52,030 nt of DNA from Candidatus Thorarchaeota archaeon (GTDB lineage: Archaea > Asgardarchaeota > Thorarchaeia > Thorarchaeales > Thorarchaeaceae). The stretch spans positions 1 through 52,030 of the forward strand of contig RDNZ01000010.1 of the NCBI GenBank assembly GCA_011364905.1, written 5' to 3'. The notes beneath the pieces are model-generated. The model saw only the letters and a program-made list of their open reading frames with translations. It was not told where the DNA came from and did no database searches. The stretch's first letter is position 1; each line of letters opens with the position of its first letter. Shown here one piece after another: positions 49,874 to 52,030 of the stretch. The translations under genes and the position numbers were made by a program.

Positions 49874-50078
49874 AGTTTGATCTCCATGGGGAGCACCAAT
49901 CCTATTGGGTGTCTGATGCAAAATGTAGTACACACGCCGATTAAGGACTTTCTATTCGAAGGATGGCACACGTGAACAACCACTTCTTCTGCTTCTCACT
50001 AAATTGATGTTTTTCCGAAAAATTTTCATATCTTGACATATTTTAACCGAAATTTATGAAAATAATTCGTGTTATTTA

Positions 50079-50093
50079 CAGGAAAATATTATA
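50079..50093 (+). promoter_or_regulatory. Putative BRE/TATA promoter of glnA
   Basis: CAGGAAA-ATATTATA; archaeal spacing predicts a TSS near 50116-50118. Confidence 0.55.
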
Positions 50094-50115
50094 GGCTTTT
50101 GAGATGGTGAAAGTC

Positions 50116-50204
50116 TGAGAGACACTATTGCCCTACGGATTGATTATAGAAACCTATTGAGTTTCTAAACCCCCAGGGTCCGCATGTCAGGGCAATATCT
50201 CTCA
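50116..50204 (+). ncRNA. Candidate structured cis-regulatory RNA in the glnA 5' leader
   Basis: TGAGAGA/TCTCTCA and TATTGCCCT/AGGGCAATA outer stem; CGGATT/GGTCCG inner stem; TAGAAAC/GTTTCTA hairpin. Confidence 0.55.
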
Positions 50205-50242
50205 TCTTCTCCTCCCAATCAGGACCACAGAGGTTCCCCTAG

Positions 50243-51547
50243 ATGAGCGAAATTCACGAACAACCAGAATTCCTTAGACTGATCTTCACAGATCTTCTTG
50301 GACATACAAAAAGCATTGAGGTTGGGTTTGACAGACTTGATGAAGTTGTTGAACATGGCCTTGTGATTGATGGGTCCTCTGTGCCTGGTTACTCGTGTGT
50401 AAATGAAAGTGATGTTCTTCTTCTCCCTTCAGGCGCCGCCACTCCACTTCTTCAACCATGGGACAGATCAGCGGCATTTCTTCTTTGTCGAGTTCATGAC
50501 GTTTCAGGCAGTCCTCATCCAAGGGATCCGAGATATATACTTCAGAGAGTAGCTGAAAGAGCCTTGAAGAGTGGCTTGAAACTCATGGTTGGCGCAGAGC
50601 TTGAGTTTTTTGCTGTAGGTAGAGAATCAGGACATGGTATCGAGCCACTCGACAGCGGAGGCTACTTCTCCACTCAGCCGCAGGACATTGCGCTTGATTT
50701 CAGGAGAGACGCCATGCGAACTTTGAGAGTGATGGGTGTCGGTACAACTTCGCACCATCATGAGGTGGCGCGTGGTCAGCAAGAGATTGGGCTTCAGTAT
50801 GCAGATGCTGAGACTGCCGCAGACCGCATTATGATTGCACGAATGGTCATCTCAGAGATGGCGTATAGGAGAGGGATGATCGCTACATTCATGCCAAAGC
50901 CATTTTCAGACCAGAACGGCTCAGGAATGCATCTGCATCAGAGTGTCTGGGACGACCATGGAATCCAGAACCTCTTTGCATCCACCGAAGAAGGAGCGCT
51001 TTCTGAACTCGCTTTGAGATACATTGGAGGGCTCCTTGAACATGCGGTCACCATCGCAGCAATCCTTGCTCCCACCGTGAACTCGTATAAGAGACTAGTG
51101 CCTGGCTTTGAAGCTCCCACACGAGTGGCATGGGGTTACAGAAACAGGAGTACAATGGTCCGTGTGCCTCATTTCAACGGATCGGATAAAGCCGCAAGAA
51201 TCGAACTCCGTTGCCCAGATGGTTCATCCTCCCCTCATCTTGTGATTGCAGCTATGCTTGCATCAGGTTTGGATGGTATTGAAAGAGGAATTGAGCCACC
51301 AGATCCAACAGATAAGGACCTCTATGAGTCTGGAGTTGTTATGAAGTCGCTCCCAGGCTCATTGGAGTTGGCCCTCACGGAACTGAGTAGGAGTTCTATC
51401 ATGCGAAAGGAACTTGGTGACTCAGTCGTGGAAACTCTAGTAGCCCTCCGGAGGCGTGAGTGGAAAAACTATATCGATTCAACAGGAAACCCTGGAAGCT
51501 CCGAAATCACAGAGTGGGAAATTGAGAGATACTTGCAAGCAAACTAG
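50243..51547 (+). CDS. glnA: Glutamine synthetase type I
   Basis: DGSSV, GAELEFF, HHEVA..QQEI, TFMPKP...NGSGMHLHQS, NSYKRLVPGFEAP, NRS..VRVP, RIELRCPD. Confidence 0.93.
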   Translation: MSEIHEQPEFLRLIFTDLLGHTKSIEVGFDRLDEVVEHGLVIDGSSVPGYSCVNESDVLLLPSGAATPLLQPWDRSAAFLLCRVHDVSGSPHPRDPRYILQRVAERALKSGLKLMVGAELEFFAVGRESGHGIEPLDSGGYFSTQPQDIALDFRRDAMRTLRVMGVGTTSHHHEVARGQQEIGLQYADAETAADRIMIARMVISEMAYRRGMIATFMPKPFSDQNGSGMHLHQSVWDDHGIQNLFASTEEGALSELALRYIGGLLEHAVTIAAILAPTVNSYKRLVPGFEAPTRVAWGYRNRSTMVRVPHFNGSDKAARIELRCPDGSSSPHLVIAAMLASGLDGIERGIEPPDPTDKDLYESGVVMKSLPGSLELALTELSRSSIMRKELGDSVVETLVALRRREWKNYIDSTGNPGSSEITEWEIERYLQAN

Positions 51548-51602
51548 AATCCAAAAGATTTCTATCTTGCAGAGTCACACGATTTCCATGTGGAGGTCAG
51601 TG

Positions 51603-52028
51603 ATGATGACTGGCTTTGAAAGCAAGGAACAGTTTGAGAAAGTATTCAACAAGTTTTGGGAGAAAGCAACTCAAAATCCAGAAGTCATGGAGAAGCTTAC
51701 GAAGGCAAAGATTATTGTCCGCTTCGACATAGAAGAGCCAGAGGTGCATATGACTATCAATTTTAGAGACCCGGGTCCAAATGGAGAGATTGGCACATTA
51801 TCATTTGATAGTGATGTCACCCCAGAGATCATTGTCTGGTCAAAGTCGGAAACAACAAACAAGTTTTGGCAGGGAAAACTCAACACTACTGTGGCCCTTG
51901 CCAGGGGGCAGGTCAAACTGAATGGGTCAGTAGCAAAAGCGCTCGGATTGCTGTCAAAGATTAAACCGCTCTATGCAGTATATCCAGAGGTCCTTAAGGA
52001 GCTGGAACTTGACGGTCTGGTATTATAG
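51603..52028 (+). CDS. SCP2 sterol/lipid-binding domain protein
   Basis: KFWQGKLN...ALARGQVKLNGSVAKALGL; GGAGGT RBS before ATG 51603. The track's 51456 start overlaps glnA. Confidence 0.88.
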   Translation: MMTGFESKEQFEKVFNKFWEKATQNPEVMEKLTKAKIIVRFDIEEPEVHMTINFRDPGPNGEIGTLSFDSDVTPEIIVWSKSETTNKFWQGKLNTTVALARGQVKLNGSVAKALGLLSKIKPLYAVYPEVLKELELDGLVL

Positions 52029-52030
52029 TA

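Noticed and set aside
1-52030. tRNA, rRNA, CRISPR array, transposase, integrase
   Set aside because: None recognised by eye; tRNAscan-SE, Infernal and CRISPR finders were not run.

Overview
A 52-kb archaeal chromosomal segment, most likely Asgard archaea (Thorarchaeota-like). This assignment is recalled from the 'MKPIGTITxxFP..DEETR' TPR family and the many Thr-stalk/C-terminal-TM surface proteins; it was not confirmed by search. About 40 CDS; no rRNA, tRNA, CRISPR, integrase or transposase was recognised. Content: an MFS + TPP enzyme / hydroxyacyl-CoA dehydrogenase + SDR module; a family of CBM-like membrane-anchored surface proteins; amtB and mntH; TetR, ArsR and Lrp regulators with visible operators; a Cys-less thiolase + DUF35 pair; an SCP2-arylsulfotransferase fusion; a kinase-M23-aminotransferase fusion; a GH94 + Opp-type ABC + GH116 beta-glucoside locus; glnA; and an SCP2 protein. 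Most notable unexplained signals: (1) a multi-stem structured 5' leader starting at the predicted TSS of glnA, a candidate archaeal riboswitch or cis-regulatory RNA; (2) a shared 'Gly-rich TM - basic - small spacer - Y-x-W-COOH' tail on surface proteins, a candidate sorting signal; (3) a ~1.5-kb cassette flanked by a duplicated gene 3' end plus terminator; (4) an apparent ATT start codon.
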